Shown: positions 1-13,753 of the stretch, piece after piece
How the letters are laid out: each line of letters starts with the position of its first letter
How positions within the stretch are numbered: the first letter of the stretch is position 1
Source of the DNA: Antedon mediterranea
Lineage: Eukaryota; Animalia; Echinodermata
Direction: 5' to 3'
DNA: 64,000 nt
Assembly (NCBI RefSeq): GCF_964355755.1
Contig: NC_092673.1
Span: 22,689,648 to 22,753,647, forward strand
Made by a program: the position numbers and the translations under genes
The notes under the pieces: generated by a model
Databases searched by the model: none
What the model was told of the DNA's origin: nothing
Seen by the model: the letters and a program-made list of their open reading frames with translations, nothing else

Positions 1-806
1 AAATAATATTAAAGAGGATACAAAAACAGAATATTACGAAGAACAAAAAGAATGAAAATGTATAAAAAATTAATAAAGGTGGTGGTTAACCAAAAAAAAA
101 TCATTTAGCCAGCTTGTCGAAAAGCGTTGTCATTGCATAGGCCTAGTTGTAAATAGGAGATGTAGTGTTATAATTGACAACAAGGTTGTAAAAGATACGA
201 AATTGCACGTTTATTTTGTTGTCATAAAATAGTTTATCTTTTCTTTACTTTTGGTTCCTAGCGCAACAAAAACGTGCTATAATATTTGCATTCATTTATT
301 TTTTTTGAGTAATTTATTTCAAACTATAAGCACAAACAGTTCTGTTTTGTTAAACGATAAAATCGTCGTGAGACAATTAGTTATCGAAAGACGAGGTGCC
401 GAACATCTATCATATTAATGTTGCTAAACAGAGAATACAAGCAAGAACAATTGCACGTCTAAATTAAAGTAGGCCTTGAAATCATAGAAAGTGTAGGTTT
501 AATGTATATTGAAATTGGAACAAGGATTGAAATTCAATGATTCTCTTAAAAAAAGAGAAACTCCTGGTATCACCATTGTCTAAAATCAATAACTTAGAAT
601 TAATAGAATAACACATTTTTTCCATGTAACATAAAAATCTTTATTTATGAGCAAAGAGTAATAATATTCACTATAAATAAGTTTTGTAAAATGTACTGGG
701 TCTAATCAAAATCCTTCTTCCTAATAAAACCAACATGCACTTAAGGTAGTTATCGTCGAAGAGATACAACTACAGTACGCTTGCCCAACCTCTGTAGTTA
801 GTGGTA

Positions 807-927
807 AGCTCTGTCTACACTATCAAACTAAAAAAGTGTGATGTTTTATATGGTAGTGATATGACATCATCATGTCCATATATCGGCACATCACATTATT
901 TTGTTATATAAAGTTTGGTAGTGTAGA
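807..927. mobile_element. Copy of the second Harbinger-like MITE family
   Basis: agctctgtctacactatcaaac ... gtttggtagtgtaga inverted termini; homologous to 32722-32863. Confidence 0.6.
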
Positions 928-3900
928 AAATTTTTGGTTTCGTTTCGTTTTTACGCTGTAATGAGACAAAATATTTTATTTCGAAAACATAGTCTAGAAC
1001 CTAGGACACAACTAAATTGCTACTATAGTTTCATGTTTAGTTAAATAGTTTACATCACAAAATCACAAAACACTTTAAAATTAATTTTGATAAACTTGTT
1101 AATTTCTTTGCTACATAATGAGTAAATAATCTAGCAGAAATCCGTCGCCTGAGACTCTTTAACACATGAAAAAATGTACCTCTTTATGATTATTAAAACG
1201 TAACACTGAGGTAATCCGCATCCCGTTATTATTAAAACAAAGCGAGGCGGTTGTATTGATGCCGTTCTCATGGGAAACGTGTTGGTCGTAATTTTACTGA
1301 TATCATTTTACAGGTAATTGAGATTCAAGCTAAGTGTAACTCGTACAAAAATTTCAATTAAATCCTACACGTAAAATGTGTGCCGGGCAATTAACCCGGA
1401 ATCATCCTACAGCAGCCTAGACTGCTGGTAACCCCAGGCAACAGCAATCATGCAAGCAACAGCGGTAAAAATAATAAAAAAGTAAATCGCTGTACAGATT
1501 AATAAAATGCAATCTTGTATATTGTTTCTCTTTAAGTGATTATATATAAAATAACCTTTTTTTAACGAAATGAGATTGATAAAACTATTATTTTTTAAGT
1601 AAACCATTATACACAGTATCCGCAAAAGTTATATTATGTTAAACTGTATATTTTTAGATGTTATAATAATGTTTAGGCCTATTGCACAACAACAATAATT
1701 TAAAAAAAAAAATATTTTTGAGTTTAACCGAATTTTATAATTAGTTTAGGCCTAGGCCTATATTGATTTTTTTTTTTTAATAACATGGATTTAATTGTGA
1801 TTTATGTTGTTAGATTTACTATCAGACATTTTTTATTATAAGATAAAGAATAATGTTAGTTAGAGATACAACGTGCAAATACACAACGAAGTGTGGCATG
1901 ATGGATTTGAGACGGCGAATCCAAGGGTGGGGAAAATGCAAATGATAGTACATTATGTTCAGTTCAGTGTTTTAGGCTCCTCCATTCTATTTAAAAATCC
2001 TGGATCCGGCAATCAACATCATTATGTTTAGGCCTATCCTACAATAAATTATATATTATGTTATATATAATATAATTATATTATTTAATGATGGTTACCT
2101 CACAATTAAAGCCTACCTCATCAATGCCTACATTACGAACACTCCATCAAGTTTTATTGTTAACGCGCACCGCAACCATAAAACACTTTGATATTCATAG
2201 TAGATAATAAAACCCAGTATAGGTTTATTAAACCTGACTTCTTATTATTATCCACCTATTCATTATATCAAGACACTGGCAGAGAAAGAATAGAAAAACG
2301 TGAGAAATGCACTTCTTTCGACACCGTTCAATAATTACACTACCTATCAAAATAAAATTGAATCGTATTTACTGACAAATTACCTTATTAGCTTTGAATA
2401 AGCTAACGTAAATATTCATAGGGAAGAATCTACAGCTGCCGTAGTGAATATTTTCCCTGTGTCTTCTTTATAAGGAAACGACAAAGGCCTCAAAATAATT
2501 CAAAATTATTCATTACTTATAATTTAAAAGGTTATTGTCTAAATTTCATGTACATTTCAAACATAAAGTACGGTACACTATGAGATCGATTTGTTTCTTT
2601 ATTCTTTATTTTGGTATTATGTACTAAAAATCCTTTTTAGTAATTGTTATTCAAAAATGACGTTTGGCTGAGCAAATATCAAATCCTTTAAACTATCAAA
2701 ATAATGGATTGACTACCTATAATATTAATAATAATAGGCCTACATACATATTTTATATAACACTATTTGTTAGGCAAATAATTTGCTCGCAATATAGACG
2801 TTTCAGAACATTGCATTTATCATTATAAACAGGCTTAATTAATTAGATGGTTATTTTTATTCATCAGTAGTCAAAATACATGTTGAGAATGAGTGTAATA
2901 AATGTATACAGTACCTATACAATGAGCTGTCATTAAGCACTATTATAATGTACAACAAAATATGATGTACGATACTTTTTATACAGTGTCTACAATGGCA
3001 TCATTGATCATGTATTTTCATTCAAAATAACCGGACCATATTTGGACAAATATTGTCGTTTTTAAAGATACAGCACCTTCACCTGGATCAGCAATTCAGT
3101 TGTTGCTCGCAATAGGTTTTTCTCTGTTGGAATTTACTGTTTTCTACCGTTTTAAAAATCAATCAATGCTATTTTTCAAACTTTGGAAGTTTGAAACAAG
3201 CCGCGCACGAAATCATCAGAAATCAATTTTTTTTTTTTTTTGCGCAATACCTTCACATACGACGATTTTACTTTAATTTACTTTTTAATGAGTTACGTGT
3301 TCAAATGTCGTTAAAACTGGACATCGGACTTTGGATTCCGTCGCATGCCGTAATCGACGCGAAATTCGTTGCGTTGCGTCTAGTCCAACCCGATTTCTGC
3401 CCTATGGTATATTCAGTAATAAAAATTAAAATAGTTTAGATACTTAGTTATCAAAAATAATTATAATATAAAATTAATTCGAAAAAAAGTAAATTATATA
3501 CACACGTATTGTCTGCTGTAAATACAACTTTACAGGGTTTAGGATTATTCAAAAAATATCCATGTCATACACGAAATAAGCTGGTTGTATGCGATGTATA
3601 ACATCACATGGTAAAGTAAAAACTAATAGAACGAATGGTTAAATAGTACACACCGCCATCAAACTGCTGAGTACCAGGCCATATGACAGAAGAGTTTTTA
3701 ATAAACAGACACGCTTAGCATTATGCACACGCGCTCCTTCATTATACAATACAATTGTAATTATTTCTCAAACTGTAACTTATTCCGTCTACTTATGAAA
3801 GATCGTAAGGTTAATCTAGAAAACGTGTTGCATATGGAACACAACCCAGTTCACCTGCTATAAATATAAAGAACATCTTAATAGTCATATTAATAAATCT

Positions 3901-5660
3901 CTCATATTTTAACAAGTAACTAGATAGTGGACAAAATATGACTGTTGCAAAATACTATCCAGATTTTAATCTTCTTATCTGCACAGTATTGTATGAAACA
4001 ATGAAAATCTTAAAGAATAATCGATGCGAAAAATTTGTTAGCGATACGCTAAGAATTGTATTGAAAAGAATCGGTGTAAAGTTTCAAGAAACTGCCTTGT
4101 TAATTCATCAGTCAATTTGTTAGAATTAAACACACACAATGGCATGTAAATCGGTTCTTTTTTATAATTACTTTCCAAACAACTAATGCCTGCTGCTCAA
4201 TCATTTAATTAAACCATAACTTTTTGAGCGCAAAATGTTATTTGTAAACTTGGTTTTACTGTTATATTTTTCAATGTCAGGACGCGTACCAGCTTGGAGT
4301 CATAGAAAAAGGTGTCACTCTTTCCTCGCGTATGTGATACCAATTCATTTGAAATGAAATAATTTAGAATGGTTTTTATATCTGGTCTACACAATGTCCT
4401 AAATACAAAATGTCACCCACTTATACGCAGAAATACTTGTTTGGTTTTTTTTAAATTCTCGAATTGTCGATCTCTGGAACTTCTATGCCAAACAACGTTA
4501 TGCTGAGCACTTCCATAAAAAACAACTACAAGAAACATATACAAATCACTAAGAGAAGAGGCATCTCCCATGAGTTAACTCGGTGCCTCCTTATAAAATA
4601 TCACTATTATAGTTTTATTAAGGAGGCATTGATATCATACAGGAACTGAGGTTAAGCAAACAATCGGAGTTTTAAATTTATATAATTGATACTGATGAAG
4701 AGAAAGAAACGAATGTGTTAACTTTTAAACACTCTTTTTTCATTTTTCACACAGTATGTTACTAATGCTATTTTGTTGGAATTGAAGAGGGCCTATGAAT
4801 AACAATTGGCATTATTTTGTTCACCTGGAACTGATACGCTCTATAAATAAACTTGAAATAAAAGAAAATAAATTCTGAACCAATGATGCTACGATAAATG
4901 CAACTTGTATACACTAAACATAACTTAATTTAATCTACGTAAAAATAGCTTCAAATTACTTTTAACTGTTGTTAATATAAGTAGATTTAATTAGTATTTT
5001 CGTTACCGGCAGTTGTAAAAACAGAGTGACTACTGCCGCATTGTTGGTCAATACAATTGATATAATTCGTCTCCTGGCGATTTCTAATCACATTCGTACA
5101 GAATGCCGAGTGGAAAGCATTTGTACACTTGTTGGTTACAAAGCGTTGATTTTAACTTTCCATTACTTTTATAGAGTTGGAATCCAGAATAATTGTTAAT
5201 TTCTTTGATCAGGAAAGAGTGAAATTCACCCTTCCTTGCTTTGATCAATCTCTTCCTCGCAACTGTTTTTTTTTTTTTTGCGTTTTTCAGTGCAGCTATA
5301 CTTTCCATGGGGTTTTCTCCATTCGAACAAAAATTTAAAAAACAATATTAAAGAATTATACAAACACGAATTATGAGTTAGTTAAAGCAGGGAAGAGTGA
5401 AATTATGTATATTATTTCACTCTTCTCTGGTTAAAGCCTAAGTTTATAATAATTCCTTTCGTAATTATTGATAATAATTATTTTAATGAATGATGTTGAT
5501 GATTTTGGCGGTGATTATCATGATAACAATGGCTATGATTATAGTAATGACAACGATGATTTAACGAGGCATACGATAACTGATAATTTCAACCATCAAC
5601 CACCAGGATGACTACAATTATAATAATTATTATTATAATTTGATAACAAATATTCGTTAA

Positions 5661-5980
5661 AGATATATTTTCCCCCTAAACTTTTTTTTTCAAATTGTTG
5701 AGATTCAATATGCCATTTTAATGTCACCTAAGCCTAATAGTTATTCACATTGACCAAACACTGGATGTAAAAAATAATAATTTACCTGAAAAAAAAATGT
5801 AATTTAAAGCAAAAAATACTTAAAATGTCTGTCAGACAAAGTTTAACAGTTTCTTTTGTTTTTTATAAGTGAAACAATTATTTTCTTGCGTTTTTTTTTA
5901 CAGAAGTGAATAACTTAAATAAAACTGCAAAATGGTCTATTTAAGGTGTGATTTTATTAATCTTAATTTTCAATACATCT
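5661..5980. mobile_element. ~320-bp MITE family with TTAA TSD (Kolobok-like), copy 1
   Basis: TTAA|agatatattttcccc ... caatacatct|TTAA. The internal sequence is shared with copies at 9133, 12030, 37494, 48891 and 59130. Confidence 0.72.
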
Positions 5981-6702
5981 TTAACTAATTGATATAAAAT
6001 GACATTATTAGTTTGTTATTGTTGTATGCATTCTTTGTCGAATTTAATCCGTTATGTGAGAATTTAACACATGTTTCCTTATGCAAATATACACAAACTC
6101 ATTAGAAGTCATGATTTATTTATAACACTGTTCAGGAGGTAAACATGCTTTATATCCACACATTGTATTTAAATCTCATATTTTTATCTCTTAGACATAA
6201 AACTCATATGTGTTTGTTTTTGGACCACACGTATAGCTTGATTAATATTTCATTGAGCTAACATCAAAGAAACTATTTTCTACATCTTTGATTGGTAAAT
6301 ATGATTTTACAGCAGTGATTACAAAGGGATGAATAAATATAAAACATATATGAGACAGAGACAGGTATGACTATGAATTTGTTCACAAGGATTAATTATA
6401 AGATTTTTAAATGAATATTTATTTTATGTTTACACCGTTGTCAAGCAACCAACTGCCACTATCAATAACTTCATTAACAGTAAACTTACTTACAATAGCG
6501 AACATCATCAAGAAATATTAAAGAGATTTCATTGAATTTGCACGCTTCATTAGCTCGGGAGTTTCTAAGTTGGGGACCTACCTCAATCTTCCAATCCAAT
6601 TTTCATGGTATTCATGGTAGTGTGCTACGTCTAAACATTTGCCGTAACTCTACTGGTGATACTGCTGCTACTATACTTTTACCAGGTTTACTGCTGCCCA
6701 CA

Positions 6703-7880
6703 CCAGTGGTACTGCTTCTCCTGCTACTTTTATACCGGTGGTAATGCTTCTCCTGCTACTTTTATACCGGTGGTACTGCTTCTCCTGCTACTTTTATACC
6801 GGTGGTAATGCTTCTCCTGCTACTTTTAAACCGGTGGTAATGCTTCTCCTGCTACTTTTATACCAGTGGTACTGCTTCTCCTGCTACTTTTATACCGGTG
6901 GTAATGCTTCTCCTGCTACTTTTATACCGGTGGTAATGCTTCTCTTGCTACTTTTATACCGGTGGTAATGCTTCTCCTGCTACTTTTATACCGGTGGTAA
7001 TGCTTCTCCTGCTACTTTTATACCGGTGGTACTGCTTCTCCTGCTACTTTTATACCGGTGGTAATGCTTCTCCTGCTACTTTTATACCGGTGGTAATGCT
7101 TCTCTTGCTACTTTTATACCGGTGGTAATGCTTCTCCTGCTACTTTTATACCGGTGGTAATGCTTCTCCTGCTACTTTTATACCGGTGGTACTGCTTCTC
7201 CTGCTACTTTTATACCGGTGGTAATGCTTCTCCTGCTACTTTTATACCGGTGGTAATGCTTCTCTTGCTACTTTTATACCGGTGGTAATGCTTCTCCTGC
7301 TACTTTTATACCGGTGGTAATGCTTCTCCTGCTACTTTTATACCGGTGGTAATGCTTCTCCTGCTACTTTTATACCGGTGGTACTGCTTCTCCTGCTACT
7401 TTTATACCGGTGGTAATGCTTCTCCTGCTACTTTTATACCGGTGGTAATGCTTCTCTTGCTACTTTTATACCGGTGGTAATGCTTCTCCTGCTACTTTTA
7501 TATCAGTGGTACTGCTTCTCCAGCTACTTTTATACCGGTGGTAATGCTTCTCCTGCTACTTTTATACCGGTGGTACTGCTTCATCTCCTGCATTTATACC
7601 AGTGCTACTGCTTCTCCTGCTACTTTTATACATGTGGTATTTCTGCTCTTACTACTTGTATACCTGTGGTACTGCTTATGCTACTTTTATACCGGTGGTA
7701 CTTCTGCTGTTACTTTTATACCAGTGGTACCGCTACTTCTGCTACTTTTTACATGTGGTATTTCTGCTCTTTACATATACCAGGTACTGGTTTTTCTACT
7801 ACTTTTATACCGGTGATCCTGCTACTTTTACCGGCGGTGATCATGATACTACTGCTGCTACTTCTACTACTTCTATACCG
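6703..7880. repeat. 32-bp minisatellite (GGTGGTAATGCTTCTCCTGCTACTTTTATACC)n
   Basis: About 27 near-perfect copies to ~7570, then degenerate copies. It accounts for the Leu-rich ORFs at 6532-8039. Confidence 0.97.
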
Positions 7881-9132
7881 ATGATGCGGCTGCTGCTGCT
7901 GATACCACACTCCTCTATACTACTATTTCAGTCTACAGTTGTGATTCTTTTTCTTGTGTCCTTAGTATATTTTCTATTTACTATGCTGTGTCTTATTAGC
8001 ACTATTACTGATTTGAGAAACCATAGTCAATTTAGATAAGATATTCTTACTGCCCATTTGTATCCACGTTGTTTTTTCTGGTCTAGGTTTTTTTATAATT
8101 ACATTTTAATGTTTTAATATATTGTTGTACAGTTGTTACTTTCAATAATATTATGTATGTCTATTTTGTGTTTTAATGTTTGCAAGCATTGCACATTTTG
8201 ATGCAATGCAGTTCTTGACTGCAATATCAATTTTTAATATCAAGTTTTTATATATACCAGAATAAAATAAAATAAAATAAAAATTATTGACTATGGAGAA
8301 ACATAAAACACACATTCAGTTCAGTTGATTTGTGTGCTCACCTGGGCATTAAGATGGTTTCTTAAACTGATGTTAACATTGGTTATGCTCTCCTCGTTAT
8401 TTATTTGTCTACTCTAATACCGTATTTAATACAATTTAGAAAACAAATGCATCTTAGGTATTTTAAAAGTAATACACTGGTTCGTTGATATAAAACATTG
8501 TTTACGAATTGGAACACGGTTATTTTCATAGTTTAGCAGATAATCACAATTGTAGAAATATATAATGATTAATTAAATCAATTGGAGTAAATATCGACTG
8601 GCTCACGCTTCTTAGACTGACGGACGTGTGTCGGCCAGCAGACATGACTATTCCGAACCGTCATTGCTAAATTTATTCTCGATTTGCAGCCGGCGATACA
8701 GCTCGGATTCACACGAGGAATGCGTGGTCTTTGAATTCAAGTTATGAGACCGGTAACATAAAATCATTATTTAATGACTTATAGATTTGAATTCGATTGC
8801 GGAAAAAACCAGAGTAATTTTTCGAAAATATTCATTCGCTTTCTTTCTGTATATACAAACAATAATTAAGAGTTTACAGTTAGATCTTTCTTTTTAGATC
8901 GTTTTTCTTTTTTTAACACTAAACTGGTTATCATTCTCTGTGTTATTTATTTGTTGGTAGGCCTACATGTTGGTTGTTTGATTAGTATCATCATTGTGCA
9001 ATCGATTAAAGGGTAGACATTTCTATTGCAGTATTTTGACTTCTTCATCGACGTCAACAAACATGGGGTTACAATGTTGTTGGGTTTATATTAATATATT
9101 AAACAATACAACAAACACAGAGCTCTCTTTAA

Positions 9133-9530
9133 AGATGCATTGTCCCCCCAAAAACATGAATAATGAAGATTAATTGAACGAGACTTTATATATTATTTTG
9201 TAGTTTTAATAAAGTTAATAATTTCCGTAAAAAAAAACGAAAAAAATAATGTTTTCACTTATAAAATGACAAAATAAATGGTTAAAATCAACCAAAAACC
9301 CATTATGAACTCTATAGTTCACTATGTCGGTCGGTCGGTCTGTCGGTCTGTCTGTCGGTCCGGTATCACTATGCGTTTTAGCACGCGACTTATGTTGGCC
9401 TTGTTTGCTTTAAATTACAGGTTTTTTTTTAGGTTTTTTCGATCCAATTTTTGGTCAAAGTGGATAGGCCCTAACTATTATGTTAAATTAAAATGACATA
9501 GGCCTATTCAACAAAAATGTTGTTTTTGTG
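9133..9530. mobile_element. Kolobok-like MITE copy 2 (one end lost, with nested insertion)
   Basis: TTAA|agatgcattgtcccc, colinear with the copy at 59130-59454. Confidence 0.72.
9309..9406 (+). mobile_element. Short derivative of the same Helentron/DINE-like family, nested in a Kolobok-like MITE
   Basis: ctatagttcactatgtcggtcggtc...ccggtatcactatgcg...gcacgcgactta..ttggccttgttt matches the 49852-50638 element. Confidence 0.8.
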
Positions 9531-12029
9531 GGTTTCATTTGTTGATTGGTAGTAAGGGTCTTTCCTGTCTTAGGAATATGTAGATATTGAAACGGTCGAA
9601 AGTCCGGTTCACGCACGACCGCCTATGAATTGCTAAATACAGTAATAACTAATTCTAAGGGTTCCCTTCTTCCTACATCTCCCATCCCTCGCATACCCAA
9701 CTCTTGACACCAACATTCTTTATAATTATGATGTTAAGTACATATGAGGGTTATAAGGGCGACGCAGTGCTCTTCTTGCCCGCGAAAATGGAAATTCAGC
9801 AGGCACACAGACAATCACGAGAGTATTTGCCAAAATAACCCGTATTATAATCCAAGCTCAATTAATTGTAGTTCACTTCTCTATTTTATTGTTTCTCAAA
9901 ATGTGTGTAAAATCTACACACATCGTTGCCGCTTTATTCATTTTCCTTTAAATCAATCATTGCTTTTAATCATTATCGTAGAAGTAGGCCTGTGTCACAA
10001 CTCTGATCGGATGTAATCAAGAAAATATACACTGTCCTGTCGCCATCATTCAAAACTATTCAAATGTTATTACATTTTGGTTTATAGGCAAAATCTTTAT
10101 CGTCCTGTTAGCATGTCTTAAAAGAAAAACAAACTAAAAACACAATACGATTCATGAGTAAAATTCAATTTGAAATATTCATGTTCATGATTATGCTTAC
10201 AATCATTTATGTATTATATCAAAATCATGTTTTAATATAGATGTTATGAAATCGAACGTATGAAATGCATTTATAATTTGACAACTTCTATTGTCTTTCT
10301 GAAAAAAAAAGTAATTAAAGGAATATTGTGTTTATTCTTCATGTAAAAATTACAATGAATTTAAATTTGCTTTACCACTGATCATATTATTATAGGCCTA
10401 TATTTATCTTTATTTACTGTTGAATATTGAAACAAGGCAATTAAATTTAACCTGATTCTAATTTCGATTCTATTTATAGTAGACTATATATTATACTGAT
10501 GCAACGCGCTTTCAACCCATTCAGAAGGAATATCTTACGAAAAGTTAAAGTTGCAGCAGGCTTATTAATTCCCACCAGTCTACGAAAATACAACCAAATG
10601 TAACATAATACAAGGGTTTAGACTATCAACATTTGATCAAGAATATTACTGAGTGTCCAATTGCAAAATTTCCGAAACAAATCTGAAGAACTTAGTAAAA
10701 CTGATAATCGTAAAAGCGAGTGAACTTAAGTGGGTTAAATTTCTAGCCTACGGTCAGTGCAAACATGGAAGCGGGCGATCGCCAATTCTATTCGCGTGCA
10801 GCCTGTAACTATTACAAAAGAACTTCGGAAAAGATTGTTTACAATAATCTACAGCAGCGTAATGATCATGTAACATATTACTTATAGATATCGATTTCGA
10901 AGAGAAATTTCTATTTGTTTGATTAGTTATTATTTAGAAACAAACAAATACCATCTGCAAATGATTTGCTTAATATATCTGTTTCTTAATCTTTTTCTTA
11001 TTTTACACGATGTTTCTTTAATAATATCACCATCAGCTCAAACGAACAATTTACCTAATAAATAAATTGTTTAGAAAATTTTAGTCTAATTCGGCTTGTT
11101 TGTGTTTCTCTTTATTTAGCAATATATTTAATTTTGTTCAATGTAATCTAGGAATACCAAGTTAAATACGATTAAATTTGTAGAATTGTATTTAGAAGCT
11201 TTCAATTAAAAACCATATTACAATCATCAGCACATCACTTAAACAAAACAAAACAAAGAAAAGTAACTAGTCTTTTCGTTTTCTTTGCCCGCAAATTTAG
11301 TTTCTCTTTTTTTGCAAAATACTATACACTGGTAATTTATAAATAACAGTCCGCACCTGCGGGACGCCTTTCTTCGCCACTCTTAAGATTGACTTATTCG
11401 TTAGCCTCTTGTTTTGGCTCACTGTACCGTCTTAGCATATCCAGCAACCATAAATAAATCAATATTATTTGCATTTGAAATCAATTATTTGACATAGATG
11501 TTTTACCTCTAATTAGTTACAATGGGGCGTATTTTTGGAATTCAAAAGAATAAGGCACGCGAGTCGTAAGACTTTGTGTTTGTAACTGTTTGTGTAAAAC
11601 ACACAGGCGTGACAATTGCAGAACCGTAGCTATTGTCAAACAAGATCGAATTTGCTTCATTGACTATGCCCACAATAGTACATATCAGGCACGTTTGCCG
11701 CTCTTTGTTTGTCGCGTGTATTCCTCGCGTATCCACGCGTCAGAATGCCTTATTTGGTTAAGTTCAATTGTTTGGTAAGTGCGTTCTCACTTCTTCTGTA
11801 AATTAGTAGAACGCCCTTAAAAAAGAAGGTACTTTGATTTGTTTTAAACGTAATAATAATGTAATACCACTTGAATTAAGTCCTGCAATATAACAGATAG
11901 TTAAGATTTATCCCGATGACGGTTATATAAACACAAACATGTATATACAAATAAGAATAAACAATATTAATAAATAATATTTACATTTAGAATTTATCAA
12001 TATAATTTTGCTTAAATTGGATATCTTAA

Positions 12030-12370
12030 AGATAAATTGTTCCCCTGAAAAATAATTAGGCCTGTTTTACTTTTTTTTAAACATTTTTAATATGTAAGAT
12101 AATAGTTATTTACATTGACTAAAAATTGAATTCGAAAACAATTTTTTCCTGAAAAAACAGTATTTAAAGAAAGAAAATAGTCAAATTGTCAGACAATGGG
12201 ATTTTGGTTACATTTAGGCCTTAACCGTATATTAGTTAAATCATTATTTTTGTTTGTTTTTTTTTCTACGGAAATGCATAACTTTATTAAAACTGCAAAA
12301 TGGTCAACTCAACATACTCATACATACTTATTAATCTTCATTGTTCATGCTTTTGGAGCACAACATATCT
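12030..12370. mobile_element. Kolobok-like MITE copy 3
   Basis: TTAA|agataaattgttcccc ... caacatatct|TTAA; shares ttattaatcttcattgttcatg with the other copies. Confidence 0.68.
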
Positions 12371-13518
12371 TTAAGTAATAGAATAAGTGTCTCCTTTGAC
12401 TATTTCTAAATATATTATATTAGTCTGTGTTATACTTTCGTTTCGTTTTCACTGCAATACATGTATCTGAATGTTAAATTACCTATAGGCCAACATGAAA
12501 GCATGATTCAATATCCCTACGGTTCGTCGTTAATTAATTAAAAATAAATAATGAATGTCTTCCACTGTTGGTTTTATCATTTCATTTTCGCCTGATTGCT
12601 TTTAAATGCGTTTTCTTCATTATCACTAATTGTAGGCCTACATATTTCATCCAGGTTTTAGAAAAGTTAAATCAGAGAAAGGATGGAATCTTTCTTTCGT
12701 GAGGATTTAAGATGAGACTGGATTGAACTTCTATTCTAATAACAATAGAGTCTAAAATATACAATAGAAATACTTCAGAAACAGAAAAGTATCCTTTTAT
12801 ATAGGGTTGATTGTATAGTGTTAAATATCCCCCTTATTTATTTCACGTGAAAGTGTCCCCTTAATAGGTGTCTCAACTGAGAGCTTGTACTTTATCATTC
12901 ACTATATTATTTATTGATGTCTTCTGTTTAAAAAAAAACATGTTATTGTTTCACCATTTTTACTTTCAGTTACTTGTTTGTATTGTCAGGTTATTTTATG
13001 TATCAATAATTGTTTTTGTAACTGTCCGAAATATGTTTAGGCCTATACTTAATACAGATTTTTTATATAATTTTTTTGTGTGTTAATTTTTAAATAATAT
13101 TCTGCAATTCAGCTTTCATTGCTGTAATAATTATATTTTTACTATTGGTTTTTTTTTGTTTTGGAAAATCTTTACATTGTTTACTTTCTGAAAAAAAGTA
13201 TTGACATTGGCTGCGAAACAGTAATGACCCAGCCGACAGTTGCTTCATACAAACACTGCCCTCATGCGAAAGTTTTACTCATTTCTATTGTATTACTGTG
13301 CACAATACAGACAACCATAAATGCGTTGTTCTCTTTAACGATGCATTATTTTATAAGGAATGTTAGTTATATATAACTCCAAAGATTAAACCAAAAAAAC
13401 TACAAAAAATGGAGGAAAAACAATGATGCGGTTAGTAGCAATGGGTCATGATCTCAACCGAAATTGTTTTAAATCAAAACGAAAAATATAGGCCTAAAAC
13501 ACTATTCATTCATACTAA

Positions 13519-13753
13519 AGCGTGGTTCTCACTAGCGACGCAACGCAAGGACGTAACGCAACGCAAGTGAATTGACCAATCACAAGCGATGGCGTATTCG
13601 CTTGTGATTGCTAACTGTCTATAACTTCGCTTGCCATTGGTTAAAACGCTTGCGTTGCGTTTACGTCCTTGCGTTACGTTCTAGTGGGAACCAAGCTTAA
13701 CTAGCTTGCGTTGCGTTTACGTCCTTGCGTTACGTTCTAGTGGGGACCAAGCT
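13519..13753. mobile_element. Palindromic PIF/Harbinger-like MITE with a duplicated right end
   Basis: TAA|agcgtggttctcactag ... ctagtgggaaccaagct|TAA (13519-13697), followed by a ~50-bp repeat of the right arm. Confidence 0.8.

Noticed and set aside
5084-5308. 74-aa basic ORF; two CTTTGATC (TCF-like) words at 5203 and 5239
   Set aside because: The Lys run comes from a poly-T tract and I recognise no homology. Two short motifs alone are too weak to call an enhancer.
6703-7570. CRISPR-like regular 32-bp periodicity
   Set aside because: The units are head-to-tail with no unique spacers, there are no cas genes, and the context is eukaryotic.
6532-8039. Leu-rich ORFs (70-145 aa) in several frames
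   Set aside because: They are translations of the 32-bp minisatellite; the unit length is not a multiple of 3.
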